Shown here piece after piece: positions 44,963-59,100 of a DNA stretch of 64,000 nucleotides (positions within the stretch are counted from its first letter, which is position 1; each line of letters begins with the position of its first letter). The stretch spans positions 1-64,000 of the IMG/VR virus record IMGVR_UViG_3300030330_005600; one strand, given 5' to 3'. The notes below the pieces were generated by a model, which saw nothing but the letters and a program-made list of their open reading frames with translations, made no database searches and was not told where the DNA came from. Made by a program: the position numbers and the translations under genes. The DNA is from a virus. Its lineage: Duplodnaviria > Caudoviricetes.

Positions 44963-44973
44963 TTTCTTATTTT

Positions 44974-47193
44974 TTAAAAATCAATTGTTAGTTCAATAGA
45001 AGCAGTACTACTATTACTTATTTTTATTGGTCTACTTAACTTACCTACTAAAACTAAGTTTTGTTGCCCATCTAGTATTCCCACTTCACTAATAAATCTA
45101 TCTTCACCTTCATCAAAAGTAGGATTAGAAGAAGAAGAAATAGTTGCACCATCTACATTAATATTAAATAATGTTTTGTATATAGTTGCACCAATGTAAG
45201 TTCTTAAATTACCATAAAATAATCTTTCATCACCGAAAGTCATTTTATCAAAATAAACACCACTAGACATTTCTAAAGTATCACCTAAATTAAATGTATT
45301 ACCAGATGCACTATTATACATATTACCAGTTAATATAAAATTGGTATTACTACTATTTTGATTTTCTAATAATATTGGGTTAATTGTCTCACCACTTACA
45401 CCAGTAATATTAGTAGATGTAAAATCTAATTTTCTCCATTGAGACGATATAGGTCGACTTTGTGTAGAAGGTACTTTTTGACATAATATATTAAATTTAT
45501 CGGCAAAGAAACCATACCCATCATATCCCAAACTTTCTAATTTTCTCATATATGGTAATTCTGAAACATTATTAATTCTAAACTCTATATCTTTATCACT
45601 TGTTGTATTATTTTCTAATACAGTATATCTTTGACATGGTAATGTAGGTGTCGTTGTAGTTCCCGTATTCTCCAACCAATAAGTTAAAAACATTTTTTCA
45701 CCAGCATTTAAAACACCACTACAACTACCATCAACAGAATTAAGTAAATTACCCGCTAAATCAGGTAAAGTATAATTTCTATTAGACTTATATGACATTG
45801 CAGCTAATAATTCTTCGTTTTCTACAACGACTATTTTTAATGTTGGGAAAACTTTACCAACAACTAAAGGTAATGTAGGTGTAATAGATAATCCACTATA
45901 TTCTATTAAATCATAATAAGGAATACTATTATTATATGTAAGATTTTTTTCTATACCATCACTAACAAAAGTCATCCCTAATGTTGTACCACTAGCAGTT
46001 CCACCAGCTCTTCTATGCCACATAACAGGAATATCTAAACTTAGTAATTTACCACTTTCTTCATCAATAGAAAATTGTTCTCCATAATAATTAGAAATAC
46101 AATTATTTGAGTAGTGTATAATAGATATACCTTTTTGAACGGGATCAATATAACTATTAGACAGTTCATTACTACTTTGTACTACTGTTATAGGTTGATT
46201 ATAACCTAAAAATTGTTTACTTCCAACATATTGTTCAGAACCAAAAAAGTCTTTATCATGATAATTACCTTCGTTAATATCAGAAAATAATCCCGCCATA
46301 TTTTCTGTCCAAACATTATTCATATTCCAAACTGGAATATTTTCTATACAAATATCACAACTACTATCAAATGCTAATGTACCTGTATTCCAATAAGGAG
46401 CTAAACTATCAAAACCATAATAACTATCCATCGGATTATTACCTCCAGGTAAAACATAGTAATTTATTAATGTTCCCGTAGAAGCGGTAAGTATAGGTAA
46501 TGGTCTATCTACATTAATTGATGTTCCACTTATTGAAACTATATTATAAACAGGATTGACTGTCGCCGCAGTCATAGTATTTCCTGTTATATCACCTAAT
46601 GTACTATTAGATAAAGTAAAAATTATATAGTCATTTGCAGTCGTACTAGTTAATGTAACTCCTAAATCAATAACCCCTTGTAAATAAGTAGTAGTATCTA
46701 TACTACCATCAAAAGAACCTAAATCTACAGTACCACTTTCTTTTATAAATGCGGTTTCTGTTACGGCAGTTAATCCTTCTATTGCCGTTGATCCTGAGAA
46801 AAATCCCCTATCTGCAGCCTCATTACTAACAACACCTTTTATTAATTGAACATTGCTTTGTTGGTTTAATTCAAATAAGAAATTACCACTCTGATCCAAT
46901 AAAAAAGATGAAGGGAATGGTTGATCGTCTTTAGGTCTTAATACTTTAGAGTAAATATTTTTATCAATAGACCCATCTGCCTCATAAAAGAAAAATTCAC
47001 CAGTTGCTGGTATATCTCCACCTGGTGGGTTAGGTAAAAACTGTGACCATCCTTTTACATAGTCATAATCTATTTCAGAATCACCTATTACATAACTATT
47101 AAAGGTTAATTGTCCCTTAGCTAACTGTTCTCTACCAACGTCTGTTAACTTAACTCTTACTAATGCCGTACTTTGTTTTTCTATATAACTCAT
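44974..47193 (-). CDS. Virion structural protein (baseplate/tail-collar-like)
   Basis: VKLT..GR..LA.G...GDSE.DY; ISEVGI.D...NLV.VGK.SRP. Confidence 0.65.
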   Translation of the reverse strand: MSYIEKQSTALVRVKLTDVGREQLAKGQLTFNSYVIGDSEIDYDYVKGWSQFLPNPPGGDIPATGEFFFYEADGSIDKNIYSKVLRPKDDQPFPSSFLLDQSGNFLFELNQQSNVQLIKGVVSNEAADRGFFSGSTAIEGLTAVTETAFIKESGTVDLGSFDGSIDTTTYLQGVIDLGVTLTSTTANDYIIFTLSNSTLGDITGNTMTAATVNPVYNIVSISGTSINVDRPLPILTASTGTLINYYVLPGGNNPMDSYYGFDSLAPYWNTGTLAFDSSCDICIENIPVWNMNNVWTENMAGLFSDINEGNYHDKDFFGSEQYVGSKQFLGYNQPITVVQSSNELSNSYIDPVQKGISIIHYSNNCISNYYGEQFSIDEESGKLLSLDIPVMWHRRAGGTASGTTLGMTFVSDGIEKNLTYNNSIPYYDLIEYSGLSITPTLPLVVGKVFPTLKIVVVENEELLAAMSYKSNRNYTLPDLAGNLLNSVDGSCSGVLNAGEKMFLTYWLENTGTTTTPTLPCQRYTVLENNTTSDKDIEFRINNVSELPYMRKLESLGYDGYGFFADKFNILCQKVPSTQSRPISSQWRKLDFTSTNITGVSGETINPILLENQNSSNTNFILTGNMYNSASGNTFNLGDTLEMSSGVYFDKMTFGDERLFYGNLRTYIGATIYKTLFNINVDGATISSSSNPTFDEGEDRFISEVGILDGQQNLVLVGKLSRPIKISNSSTASIELTIDF

Positions 47194-47237
47194 TACTAAT
47201 TATTATTTTAATATAAATATGCAGAATGTAAATATTA

Positions 47238-50153
47238 TTAATAATTTTCCCCAATATTTGTCCCTATTTCTATTTTAATTGTATCACTAAAATTAAAACT
47301 GTAGATAGTTTCTCCTTTTATTGGTTCGTAGAATTTTTCATTTTTTATTCTATATAAAAATTTATCTCCTGCACTCGCACCTTCTAAAAATGTTTCTAAG
47401 CTATAACTTCTTTGGTTTAAAACATATGGAGTTTCAAAAGAAACTAATATATTTTCAAAGTTCACATCTTCTTCTTGTGTAAATTCTACAATAAACTTTC
47501 CATTAGTATTTAATGGGAAGTTTAATACAGACCAACTTATTGTTGGTTTATTATTAGGTATAGTACCTATTATAGAAGCTTGTGGTGTATAAAAAGCTTC
47601 AATTATATCACCCACTTTGAGTGATGTTGTTAATATTATTCTTCTGTTATTTGTTTCAGAAACAAAATATTCTATTCCATTAGATAATACCGAACCATTT
47701 ACCGACAACACTGGTTGTCCGAAGGGAGGTGAAATCATATAGAATTCATATTTATTCTCATCAGTATTATAAAATACTCTATCCTCAACTACATTTGTAT
47801 CTGTTTTACCACTTTTTATTGTTTCAGTTATTCTATACGCATCACCAAAGAAGTCGTTTTCATTCCCACTATCTACAAATGCATATGTTAATACTTGTTT
47901 ATCTTCAGGTATAAAATTTAAAACTATTTCAGTGGATGCTCCCGAAGTTACTGCACTATATTCTACATTTTTAAATAATACTGAACCATTAAAACTTACT
48001 ATAGGATCAGATAACCCACCAATTAAATAATTAGTTTTTCCTGAAGTGGTAAATTCAGATCCGACTACTAAATTACCAATAAATTGATCAGGTGGAGATG
48101 GTTGATTGTTAGTAAAGGTAGGTTTATCTGCCTCATATAAATTTATAAAATACCAATCTGTTTGTGGTTCATATAAACTATATTCCACACCTCTTTTATA
48201 TGTATCAATTGTATTACGAGTTGAACCTAATTGTTTAGCAACTAAAGTATTTATGTCATACCCATAATAACCCTTTAATAAAAATTCTCCTTCACCAATA
48301 CTAATAAATGGAATAGTAATCGGATTAATATTATTTTTACTTAATGTTTCATTATCAATATTAATTGTATGTAGGGAATTACTAGTAAACCCACTAATTT
48401 CTTTACTATATTTATATATTTCACCACTAAAATTAAGATTTTTATTTTCAATAACATCGTTTAAATTATTAATTACTAAATCAAAAGTGAAATTATTTCT
48501 ACCTATTTCACTTATATAAACAAATCTATCACAAGATAAATTATTAGTTGTTATAAAATTAGGTAACCCCCATGTAGATGTTACACCTGTAATAGTACTA
48601 CTAGTTAAACTAAAACTATTTGGTTGTATGTTACATTGAACCCCTAACCCATTTGGATTATTAATAACGTGTAAATATGAGTTATTAATATCTGCAACAT
48701 ATATCCTTTCATCAACACCCATTTGTAATGCCCCCAAACTAGATCCACTAAGAACTGTTATTTTTACCCTATTTTCTTTAATTTGTTCTTTGGTTTCATC
48801 TTCTAAATTAAATTGTATAATATTATCAGATGCACCATCACTAACATAAAATTTAGTAGAATCAGAAGAAAATTCTAAACCATATGGTCCATTATTATAT
48901 GTCACACCACTTAATGTTTTAATATTTGTAACCTCACCTGTTTGGTTATTAAAATCTCCTATATCTATAATATCTTCATCATATAATAAAGATATTATTT
49001 TTGTACCATCTGTAGAAGTTTTCATATAACCTCTTGCAGTATTATGAGTACTTCCAGTATCCGAAATTACCGGACCCGTTAACCCTACCGAAGTTAATTT
49101 ATAGGAATAATATTTACTATCACCACTAGTGTGAGCAATTACCCAATAACCGTCCCCACTTTTAGTTTCACACGCAGTCACTTTCTCACTTACCGCACCA
49201 TTAATTAATTTTATATTTTTACTAGTAACCGCACCTTCTCTATTGTTACCTAATTCCATATTAACTATTGAGTATTCGAACCCATTAGGGTTACCATTAT
49301 AATCTGTGGTAAAAATAAAATATTGATTAGTGTTTTTTCGTGGTACAATAATAGATGATTGAGTAGAAGTTCCAGAACTACTTAAATTTTCTCCATTTAA
49401 CATAATAGTATTACCACTAGTATAAACATTTTCTCCATCCGTATAAAATAATAACTCACCATTTCTATTACTAATAACACTACATCCTTCCTGTGATATT
49501 GTACTACCAGTGTTTATTGTTGGTGTCCCACCACTCTGTATAGGATTAAAATCAATTCCGATATTGTTACCAAACTTCCAATTAAAATTACTTCTATCGT
49601 AAGTGTATCCTGTATATAAAGTTGGTCCACATAATGTATCTCCGCTATCGGCAGGTATCTTTCGTGTATTAGTTATTCTAAATTCAGGTAAATCAAATCC
49701 ATCTATGTCTGATCTTCTTATGTTGTTGTTTACTAAAGTACTATTTGTCGGCTCATTTTCAAAATTATAACTTTCACTTTTAACACCACTTACAACATAA
49801 TCTCTACCATTGTCTACATAAGACATTTCATTAACACTATTAATTTTAATCGACATATCTTCTTCACTTTCTTCACCAATATATTTTAAAATCACTGTTG
49901 GTTCAGTTTGTATATTAGTGAATATTTTATTACCAGCTGGTTGTACTTGAGAATATGTAAAAATAGTATCTATATTACTTAAATTTACTGGAAAGAATAT
50001 ATCACCACCAGCATCAATAAAAGTAGTTAATGATGACGCAAAATAACCCATATCTACATTTCCTTGTACAGGGGTAACAACATTAATAGGTGTAATAAAT
50101 TTACTATTAATATTAATATTTTGTGATATTTTGCCCGTTCCTTGTTTTCTCAT
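47238..50153 (-). CDS. Virion protein with beta-propeller resembling Bacteroidota secreted surface proteins
   Basis: NW.FG...GIDF, EGCS.IS...G.LLFYTDG, STQSSIIVP, YGLEFS.D, LQ.G.D..IY, GLPNF. Confidence 0.7.
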   Translation of the reverse strand: MRKQGTGKISQNININSKFITPINVVTPVQGNVDMGYFASSLTTFIDAGGDIFFPVNLSNIDTIFTYSQVQPAGNKIFTNIQTEPTVILKYIGEESEEDMSIKINSVNEMSYVDNGRDYVVSGVKSESYNFENEPTNSTLVNNNIRRSDIDGFDLPEFRITNTRKIPADSGDTLCGPTLYTGYTYDRSNFNWKFGNNIGIDFNPIQSGGTPTINTGSTISQEGCSVISNRNGELLFYTDGENVYTSGNTIMLNGENLSSSGTSTQSSIIVPRKNTNQYFIFTTDYNGNPNGFEYSIVNMELGNNREGAVTSKNIKLINGAVSEKVTACETKSGDGYWVIAHTSGDSKYYSYKLTSVGLTGPVISDTGSTHNTARGYMKTSTDGTKIISLLYDEDIIDIGDFNNQTGEVTNIKTLSGVTYNNGPYGLEFSSDSTKFYVSDGASDNIIQFNLEDETKEQIKENRVKITVLSGSSLGALQMGVDERIYVADINNSYLHVINNPNGLGVQCNIQPNSFSLTSSTITGVTSTWGLPNFITTNNLSCDRFVYISEIGRNNFTFDLVINNLNDVIENKNLNFSGEIYKYSKEISGFTSNSLHTINIDNETLSKNNINPITIPFISIGEGEFLLKGYYGYDINTLVAKQLGSTRNTIDTYKRGVEYSLYEPQTDWYFINLYEADKPTFTNNQPSPPDQFIGNLVVGSEFTTSGKTNYLIGGLSDPIVSFNGSVLFKNVEYSAVTSGASTEIVLNFIPEDKQVLTYAFVDSGNENDFFGDAYRITETIKSGKTDTNVVEDRVFYNTDENKYEFYMISPPFGQPVLSVNGSVLSNGIEYFVSETNNRRIILTTSLKVGDIIEAFYTPQASIIGTIPNNKPTISWSVLNFPLNTNGKFIVEFTQEEDVNFENILVSFETPYVLNQRSYSLETFLEGASAGDKFLYRIKNEKFYEPIKGETIYSFNFSDTIKIEIGTNIGENY

Positions 50154-53100
50154 TATGCCCTATTATTAAATCTTATTGTAGTACAATCATGTATTAAACT
50201 ATTATTATAAAATGCACCACCTACTTCCCATTCGCTATCACCAATAACTGACACATTTCCTTCATATTCATTACTATCATATATCTGTGTAATAAATATT
50301 GTATCGTACTTACTAGTTTGAGTTTGAGTTTTTCTAATACATTTTTTATACTTATTTTTTAACCCTGCAATGTAATCTCTCTGTCTTTCATATGAGGTAG
50401 TATATGGTGCATATAAATCATACAAATCTTTTTCTGCTTGTGTAATAGTATCACTTATACTTTTACACCCTTCAATTATTTGTGACTGATATTGTGATTG
50501 TTGTTCAGATAACTCTTTTTCTAACTCCTTCAATAAAGAATTAATATTTGTTATTTGATTTTCTAAATTATCTAACTGTTCGGTTATGATTTTTAATGAT
50601 ATCTCTAAAGAAGTAATTTCTTCACGTATTTTCTCATTATCATCTTGTAATTCTAATGCACATATTCTATTTTCAATTATTTCTTGTTTGTTTAATAAAT
50701 TCTCTTTTTCTGTTATTAATTGTGTTAATTTATTTTGTACTTGTTTAGTTTTATTATTAATTGGTTGTAAAGAATACTCCGTTACTGTCACATCCGTAGA
50801 GGCAGATGCAATAATATTCTCACTTATTCCACTTAATTCACAATCATTACTATCATTATAATTTAACACATATCTTCTATATTGATATTTATTTTGATCA
50901 AAAATTGTATTTCTATAAAGTTTTCCTGAATTATCACAACCCTCCCATATAGTAGTTGCTGGTACTACTTGTTCTAATAAATCTAACCAATAATCACCAA
51001 TTTTATCCATAAAGTTGAATAAATCATTATAAGTTAATTTACCTGTGAAATCTTTACCACAATTATTAGATTTTAAATATAATTGGTAGAATAATTGTAA
51101 CATAGGATAGTTACTTATTACCTGCCTACTTTTAGCATCTATTAAGTTAGATATAATTAAATCATCAAACGTTTCTTTAACATTAATATCTTTAGGGTTA
51201 ACGTCTAAATAGTCTTTAGGGTTGACGCAAACTGTCTCTGTAGTTGCAGTATATTTTTCTATATTTGATGCTTCTTTAACTAGTGTAGTTTTATATTCTA
51301 CAATAGGTGCTGGTATAATTTCAATGTCAGTAACTTCGTTTTCTGTATTTGCGGTTATACTTTTTTTACATATTGGAACACCGTCTTCTTCTACTAAGGT
51401 AAATGTATCATCTTCACAGTAAAAACCTGGAACAGTTGCCACTTCTGTTATTCCCACAACATCTTCCACACATCTTAATTTAAATTTCCATCCTGTACCA
51501 CCTGGTCCTCCTACTACATCAGCACTTAATACAGTTATTTTAACGTCATAAAACTCATCATCAGCAAAATCACTACCATTATCATTCAAATATTTTTGCC
51601 CAATTTTTTTATCTTTTATAAATGCTGCGGTTCCAGTTCCTGATCCACTGTGAGAATAAGGGTGATTTGGGTGACCAACACCATAATAAAATACGGTAGG
51701 GGACCATCCTGTTTCTCCTGACAAAGGACCGAGATCTAACCCTCTATTAGTACCTGAAAGATCATTTACTGTTAAATTTGTACCATTAACACTATTATAT
51801 CTCTGCACTAAAGATGCGTCATTATAGAATGGGTGTGCCCCACCTTGTAAATCGAAAACACCATTTAATGATATGACATCGATATCTTGTTGTGTTCCTT
51901 GCGATCCTGCTGGTCCATCATAACCTTGTGTAGTGTAAGTTATGTTAGGTGAAGGTTGTGGACTATACGCTGGAAGTACTAACCCATCTAAATAAGTTTC
52001 TCCACTGTAAACACTTCCATTGTAAGTTTTACCCGACCAAGTTCCCATGGCATAGCCTGTCAAACCAACATATCCCGTATCTATTACAACTTGTCCATCC
52101 CATTCTACAATAAATCTATCAGGTACTCCTGCTGCGTTAAACTCAAATACTACTTCACCCATATCAGTACCTAAATTTCTATAAAAAGTAAATGTACCAT
52201 CATTTCCACCTGCAGGTGTTTCATCTGTTATACCACAATCTATAGTAGGATCCGGAATTTCTTCAATTGCATCCTCCACTTCTATTTTTTCACAATATTG
52301 TGAACCTTCTTCACCAACAATTTCATAACCAATAGGACAAATAATTTCTGTTTTACGACAGAATTCTTCTGTTTCTTCTTTAATATATTCATAATCATTG
52401 AGACAAGGTTCATAATCTTCACTTTCACGATATTCAGTAATAGATTTTTTACAATTATTATCAACCTCATCATATTCATAACCTTCAGGACATCTAGGTA
52501 AACAAACCCTTCTATCAATAACTTCTTTTGTTCCACAGTAAGTACAATCTCCTTCTCCTTCATCAATGTCTGTCCAAGTACATGCACTATACTCTTCATT
52601 CCATATATAATTTTTACCTAAACCAAATCCTTCTTTTCCTTGACTATTTAATTTTAAGTTAATTTTATCGCAAAATTCTTTATCTAAATATTCTGTCTGA
52701 TTAAATGTTTGTGCACTGTATCCTTGTAAAATTTCTACTGTAACTCCACTTAATGAAGGAGTTAATTCATCAAAAACATTTACCTCAAATAATGACATAT
52801 AACCATTTATATCTTCTACTAGTAACCCAAATTTTTCATTTATATCTTTAAAATTACCCATCACAATTGTATCAGAACCACAATTATTTTTTGTAATACC
52901 AAAGTTTTCTATTGTACCACCAATATCTTTAAATTCATAATAAGTAGAGTTTAATGATTGGTTGTACTCACCAGTGAGTGAATAATATTCATTCTTCATT
53001 TCGTCTACCTTATATTCTAAAAAATTTAAATAATCAACATAATTAAAATCATCACTACTACACCCAGTTAATGTAATAGTATACCCACTTAAAGGATCTG

Positions 53101-56100
53101 AAGGAGTTTCTCTTAATACCCCACTATAATTTATTATATCAGAATCTACATTACACCATATTAATAAAGAACAATTATCTTCAGTTATTAAAAAGTTTCC
53201 ATTATCACCTAAAATATAACAACTTAAATCACAACTAGTAGGACATTCTTCACAATCTATATTTTTCCAAAAATTATAAACATCACACTCAATTGCGTTT
53301 GCAGGATCAATTGCAAATACTGTTGATTTAGTGTTCATAATTAAATCTGAATGTGGATTATTATATTCAGTATACCTATATTCTAACTCTTGCCATAATC
53401 TCTCTTCTGGTTTAATTAACTTAGTAATTTCATAATTATTAGTACTACCAGTGTTACATTCCCCATCTGGATATATTGTTTGATATTCTATGCCTGTCGT
53501 ATTATATACCCATGATTTTTTATTATCTATAACACAACTTAATTCAGGTATTAAACAATTTGTTAGAGTAATTTCTTTTTGTGTGTCACAATCACTAATA
53601 TTAACTTCAATATTGTCTACTATAACACATACATCACATTCTACATTTTCAATTTCTAAACTAAAATAAAACTCCGAATTAGGATATGTAACTTTTAATG
53701 TTTCACAAACACAATTAGGTAAATTATATTTTATAGTTTGCCATTGAGGATCGAACAATGTATCTGAAGGTTGTATATTATTTTCAATTAAATTATATAA
53801 AATATCTTGTTCTATATTTCCATTATTATCGTTTCCAATAATTATTCCACTGTAATTTTCTGTTGGATTCCATTCCCACACAGGATTAATATCATTAGTA
53901 TATGGTAATTTACTAGTATTACCATTACTTTGTTTAACAAATAGATTAAAATTAACTTTTAGATCATCCATATAATCTATGTAAGTATTTCCATTTTGAT
54001 AATTAAAATCATTTTTTATTTTATTCAAATCGCTACTCCATCTATTATATGCCCCAATCTTTTCTTCTTCGATATTTTTAGATAAATTTAATATTTCTTC
54101 TAAAAAAATAGTTAAAGTAGACAATAAACTATGACAACAATTTTCCCCACCATCACTAATGTTAGATGACATACTATCTTTTATGTTTTGTTTAACATTA
54201 ATATCTTCATTAACTACTTCTAACTGTTTTACTTTTTCTTCTTCTATTTTCTTTTTACTATTTTCTTCTGTTTTCTTTACTTCTTCTAACTCATTTCTTT
54301 TTGTAGTAATTTTGTTTATTTCGTTAATATTATTAGATTTTTGAATTTTTAAATCTAATTGTTGTTTAGTAGATAACTCTAAATCTCCACTTTTATTTGT
54401 TATATTTTGTGGTTCTTCTCCTAATAATTCTGCCGTTTTATTAATTATGAAAACTTTATCATTCTCTTGTAATTTTGATTTTTGTAGATTAATATTGTTT
54501 TCTACTACCCCATTAGGTCCTTCCGTAATACTATTAATCTCTTTATCATTAATATTGATTTCATTAACTAAATAATCTATTTTAGTTTGGTTATTTTGTT
54601 CTTTAGCACTAACTAATTCTTTATTTAGTGTGTTATTACGTTGACAGAAAGTCAATAATTCACTATAACTTTTAATTTCTGCATTTATACTCTCTGTTTT
54701 TGTTTTAATACATTCTTCACTATTACGACTTTTTTGACAGAATTCTTTAATATTAAAAGAATTTAATTGTGTTATTGTTTGTTGGTAAATTGTACAATCT
54801 TTTTGTGGGTTTATACCTTGAATTGCAATATCTATTATTTGACTATTCTCTGATTTAGTTTTTATTTTATCATTTTCTACAGTAATCTTATCATCAATAG
54901 TTTTGATTTTAGTGTTTATTTTACGTGTTTCTTCTTCGCTATTATTTTTAATAGTATTTATTTTTGTTTTATCATTAATAATTTCTTTATTGATTTCATT
55001 AATAATTTCTGACCGGTTTTCTTTATTTTCAACACACTCTTGTAACTTAATAATTGCATAATTTAAATGCGTTTCTGTGACAGTAAGTTGTTCGCTTAAA
55101 TAGGTATAAATTCCACAATCGTTGGGTAATTTTAGTGCACATATTTGAGTAGTAGTTATATAATCGTTAACATTAATTAAACAATTAAAATCAACATTAG
55201 GATAATCAATAGAAATACAATTATTAATAGTTTCCTTATAATTTTCCCACTCATCTATCACTTTATAAGTACTATTTACTATATTATTTAATTCTGTATT
55301 AGAAGTAATTAAATTGTTTTCACCATTTTGTCTAATATTATCTATATTATTCTCAATCTCTTTAGTCCAACCCACGTTTATTTCTGTCCAATATGTTTGT
55401 TCAGAATTTATAATTTCACCACCCAATGCATTACAACACTCAATGCTAGGTTCTATTTGAATTGTATTTTGCCAAATTTCAATGTTAGTGTTTTGTTCTT
55501 CCGTATTAGTACTAATACTCCCTTCTAATGTTAATGCAATAGATTCATCATTAGTAAACACTAAAAAGTTTCTACATTTTAAACTATTAATTGTTAAATC
55601 ATTAATTATTCCAATGTTACAAATACCACCTAAACAATTTTTTAAACTGTTTGCATTATATTTCAACATATAGTCTAAAGAAATATTAATATCACATTCA
55701 CAATCTTCGTCAGTGGGTAACTTAAATCCCATATAATTTTCACTACCAAATAATATATTAACTTTATTTACGTCTTCACAAGAAATTTTTGATGAATCAA
55801 CTACGGCAACTACCGTTGGTTTATTTGTTTTTTTTGATTTAGTACCTGCTATAGGTTGTAATCTATGACTACTGTAATCTAATTCAAATTGATCGTATAC
55901 ATACCCTTTGTCTTTACCCACATTTGCGTATAACTCATTACCACCACCCTTAGTAGAATTCCAATCTAATATTTGTTTATTATTATTTTTGTCTATTGTA
56001 CTAAAAGATACCCTACCTAAATCATCTATAGATTCTACTTCCCAATTTTTAGTATCATTTAAATCTGCATCTTCAAAAGGTGAATATAATTCTACACTAT

Positions 56101-59100
56101 TACCATTAGTGTTAGGTAATGTTCTAACTACTGAAGAATTATCAAAAGAACTTTTATTTTTATTTACTGATATTGTTTCTTCTACTTGTGTATTTCTATT
56201 AGTATATGGTTCATATTTATTATACGTAACCTCTATATTAGGTTTAGTATTTAAACTTCTTTCTTTAATTATTGTACCTTTTTCAGTTTCTAAATTCTTT
56301 ATTGTTTGTTGGTTTTGTACTTTTTCTGTTATAAGTTCTTCTCTTTGATTAGAAGTTATATTAGTCTTCTTTAAATTGTTTTCTATTTCATTGTTTGATT
56401 GAGTAATTTTATTAATCCTTTTATTAATTATATTAATGTTACTGTTATCTTCTACGGGTGATGTTATAGAAACACTATTGTCGATACAAACAACATAATT
56501 ACTTACAACTTCTCCTTCATAAACTTGAATAACTTCTGAATCATACCCATGCCAAGCACAACATTCTGGAGAACTGTATATTGTGGTATTATTGTTATTT
56601 GTTAATAAAAAACATCTATTAAATTCTACTGTTGAATTTTCACTTAATAATTGATTACCATATAATATTACATCATTATTAACATCTCCAGTAGTACCAT
56701 TACTATTAGGATACAATTTAAGTATAAATTTTTGTAGACTACCTCTACACACTCTGTTTCCATTAAACTCATAAAAATTACCATCAGATAGTTGATAGGT
56801 TGGTTGATTATTTGATGTGTTACTAGCAAATTCTACCTTACCATCTTCTCTTATTCCTGCAACCTGACTATTACATGGTGATGTAACCGCACAATACTCA
56901 ACTATTGTATCATTATTTGGTGGGGAATAACTGACATATCTCGCTTTTTCTCCGTTATATTCTTGTTTTTCACAACAACATTTTAATTTTTCACCAACTA
57001 CTTTTATTTGTTTCCCACTAACTTCTTCGTATATTGAAAAGTATCCATCGTTATATACTACAGTTAATTCGTCACAACAATCTTTTTTCTTTGGGGAGTC
57101 TACTACTACCTCTAATGGTGTTAAACATATTTCTAATGCTTTATTACCTTCACAATTTTCGCTATTTACTTGTTTTTCATATTGTTTTTTAGCGTCTAAA
57201 AATTCGTTTTTAATTTTTATAAATTCGGGCGAATAACGTAAATAAGAAGACTCTTTTATTAATTCTAAATACTTATTATAATCCTCTTCTAATTTGTTAT
57301 ATTTAGATTCTAATGGGTATATACCATCATTAGGTAATGGTGATTCTATCAATGTATATCCTATATCATAACAGTCTTCTATTGTATCATATAAATTAGT
57401 ATTAGAATTATGTACCATTTCTGTGGTATAGAATTCAGTGATTCCTGTAGACATACCATTAAAAATACCATAATTATAATTTATAAAATGATTTATTTTA
57501 TTAGTAAATTCAACAATATTAACATTAGTACTACTACTAAAATTGGGAACATAGCATTGTTGAAAATACTCTAAATACTCATTACCACCATCATATTTAC
57601 CAACATGTGGATTATTACCTTTTAAAATAGTTTGAGTATTATTACCTAAAGTTTCTCTATACCATCCACCAGCTTTTTGGAAATACATTTCTTTGTAAGG
57701 GTTTTTTACAATATCAGGTAATTGATTTCCTGTTAATGTAGTACCTGTTTCTAATCCTTCGATAAAATCCACTATTACTAAATCACCATTAACTGGAGGT
57801 AAAGGAAAACCATCACCATCATAAGGTATATTAGTAGTGTCTATTTCTCCCGTATATAGATATAATAAATCCTTTAGTTTTTCCATATCTAAAGGTTTAT
57901 CCACAATAACTATATATTCATCGAATTTAACTAATGCTTCAGGCGCACCTATGAACCTAAATAAAAATTCAACCGCCTTTCTACTACCCTTACTTTTCCA
58001 TAACCAAGCTAAATTTAATATTAATCTTCTATATAATTCAGTATCTACTTCACTGTTAGATAATGATTTGGTTGTACCACTAAATTCGCCTTGTCCAGGA
58101 ATAGGTAATACTGTTTTATTTAATTTATTAGTAGTTACAAATGTGATAGGATCTAACCCCAACATATGGGAAAGTTCTTTTACTAATGAATCAGGTATGT
58201 TATTCTTTTTATTATAGGTAACAACATGTGCAAACTTAATACCATTAATATATTTTTTTACTTCATCAAAAGAAACACCATAAATTCTCAATAATTTAGT
58301 TGCTTTTTCACCGTTAAGAACTAAATCGTTTCCATCACCTCGTGGTACTGTATCAAAACTATTTATTACTTCAGCAGTGTATTTTCTTACAATTAAATCA
58401 GTTTTTGTTTTATCGTAATTTTCACCAATAGTATTTATCTTATCCAAATATTCTAAGTAGTAACTATCGAAAAAATTTAAATTATAACCATCTTCTAATA
58501 TTGGAAAAGTTAAAGTCTCTTTAGTTGTTATTACAACACCCTGATCACTAATCTTAGGTGAAATTAAAATACTTTTATATTGTGGGTAATTATTTCTATT
58601 AAGTAAATTGTTTTGTAATGGATTTAAACTACTAAAAAAAGTAGTAATTTTAGTTTCATTGGGTTTAATAAAAAATGGTATAGATCCACTTTGTGGTGGT
58701 AAAAGTATGGAGTATTGCGGTATATTTATACCTGTTAATTGAGGAAAGGGATTTCCCTCTACTGTTAATGTTAAAATATCGTTAGTACTCTGTTCAGGTG
58801 GAACAATATGTAAAATTTTTCTTATTATATTTCCATTTTCTACAACATAAGATTTATACTCTAATGTAAAGTTTCTTAAAGGGTTAACTTCTTTTTCCGT
58901 ACCCACAATCCCATCACTTTTACTAAACTTAATCAAATATGGATTAGATAAATAATTAGTACTAACACTAAAGGTAGACTCATTTTTAATAGAATCAAAT
59001 ACATAATTAGTTATATTATTACCAACCGTACTACCAAACATGTTATCTACATAAATTGCTGCGGGCCAATTAGTATATATTTCTTCTAAAGATGCCTTAA

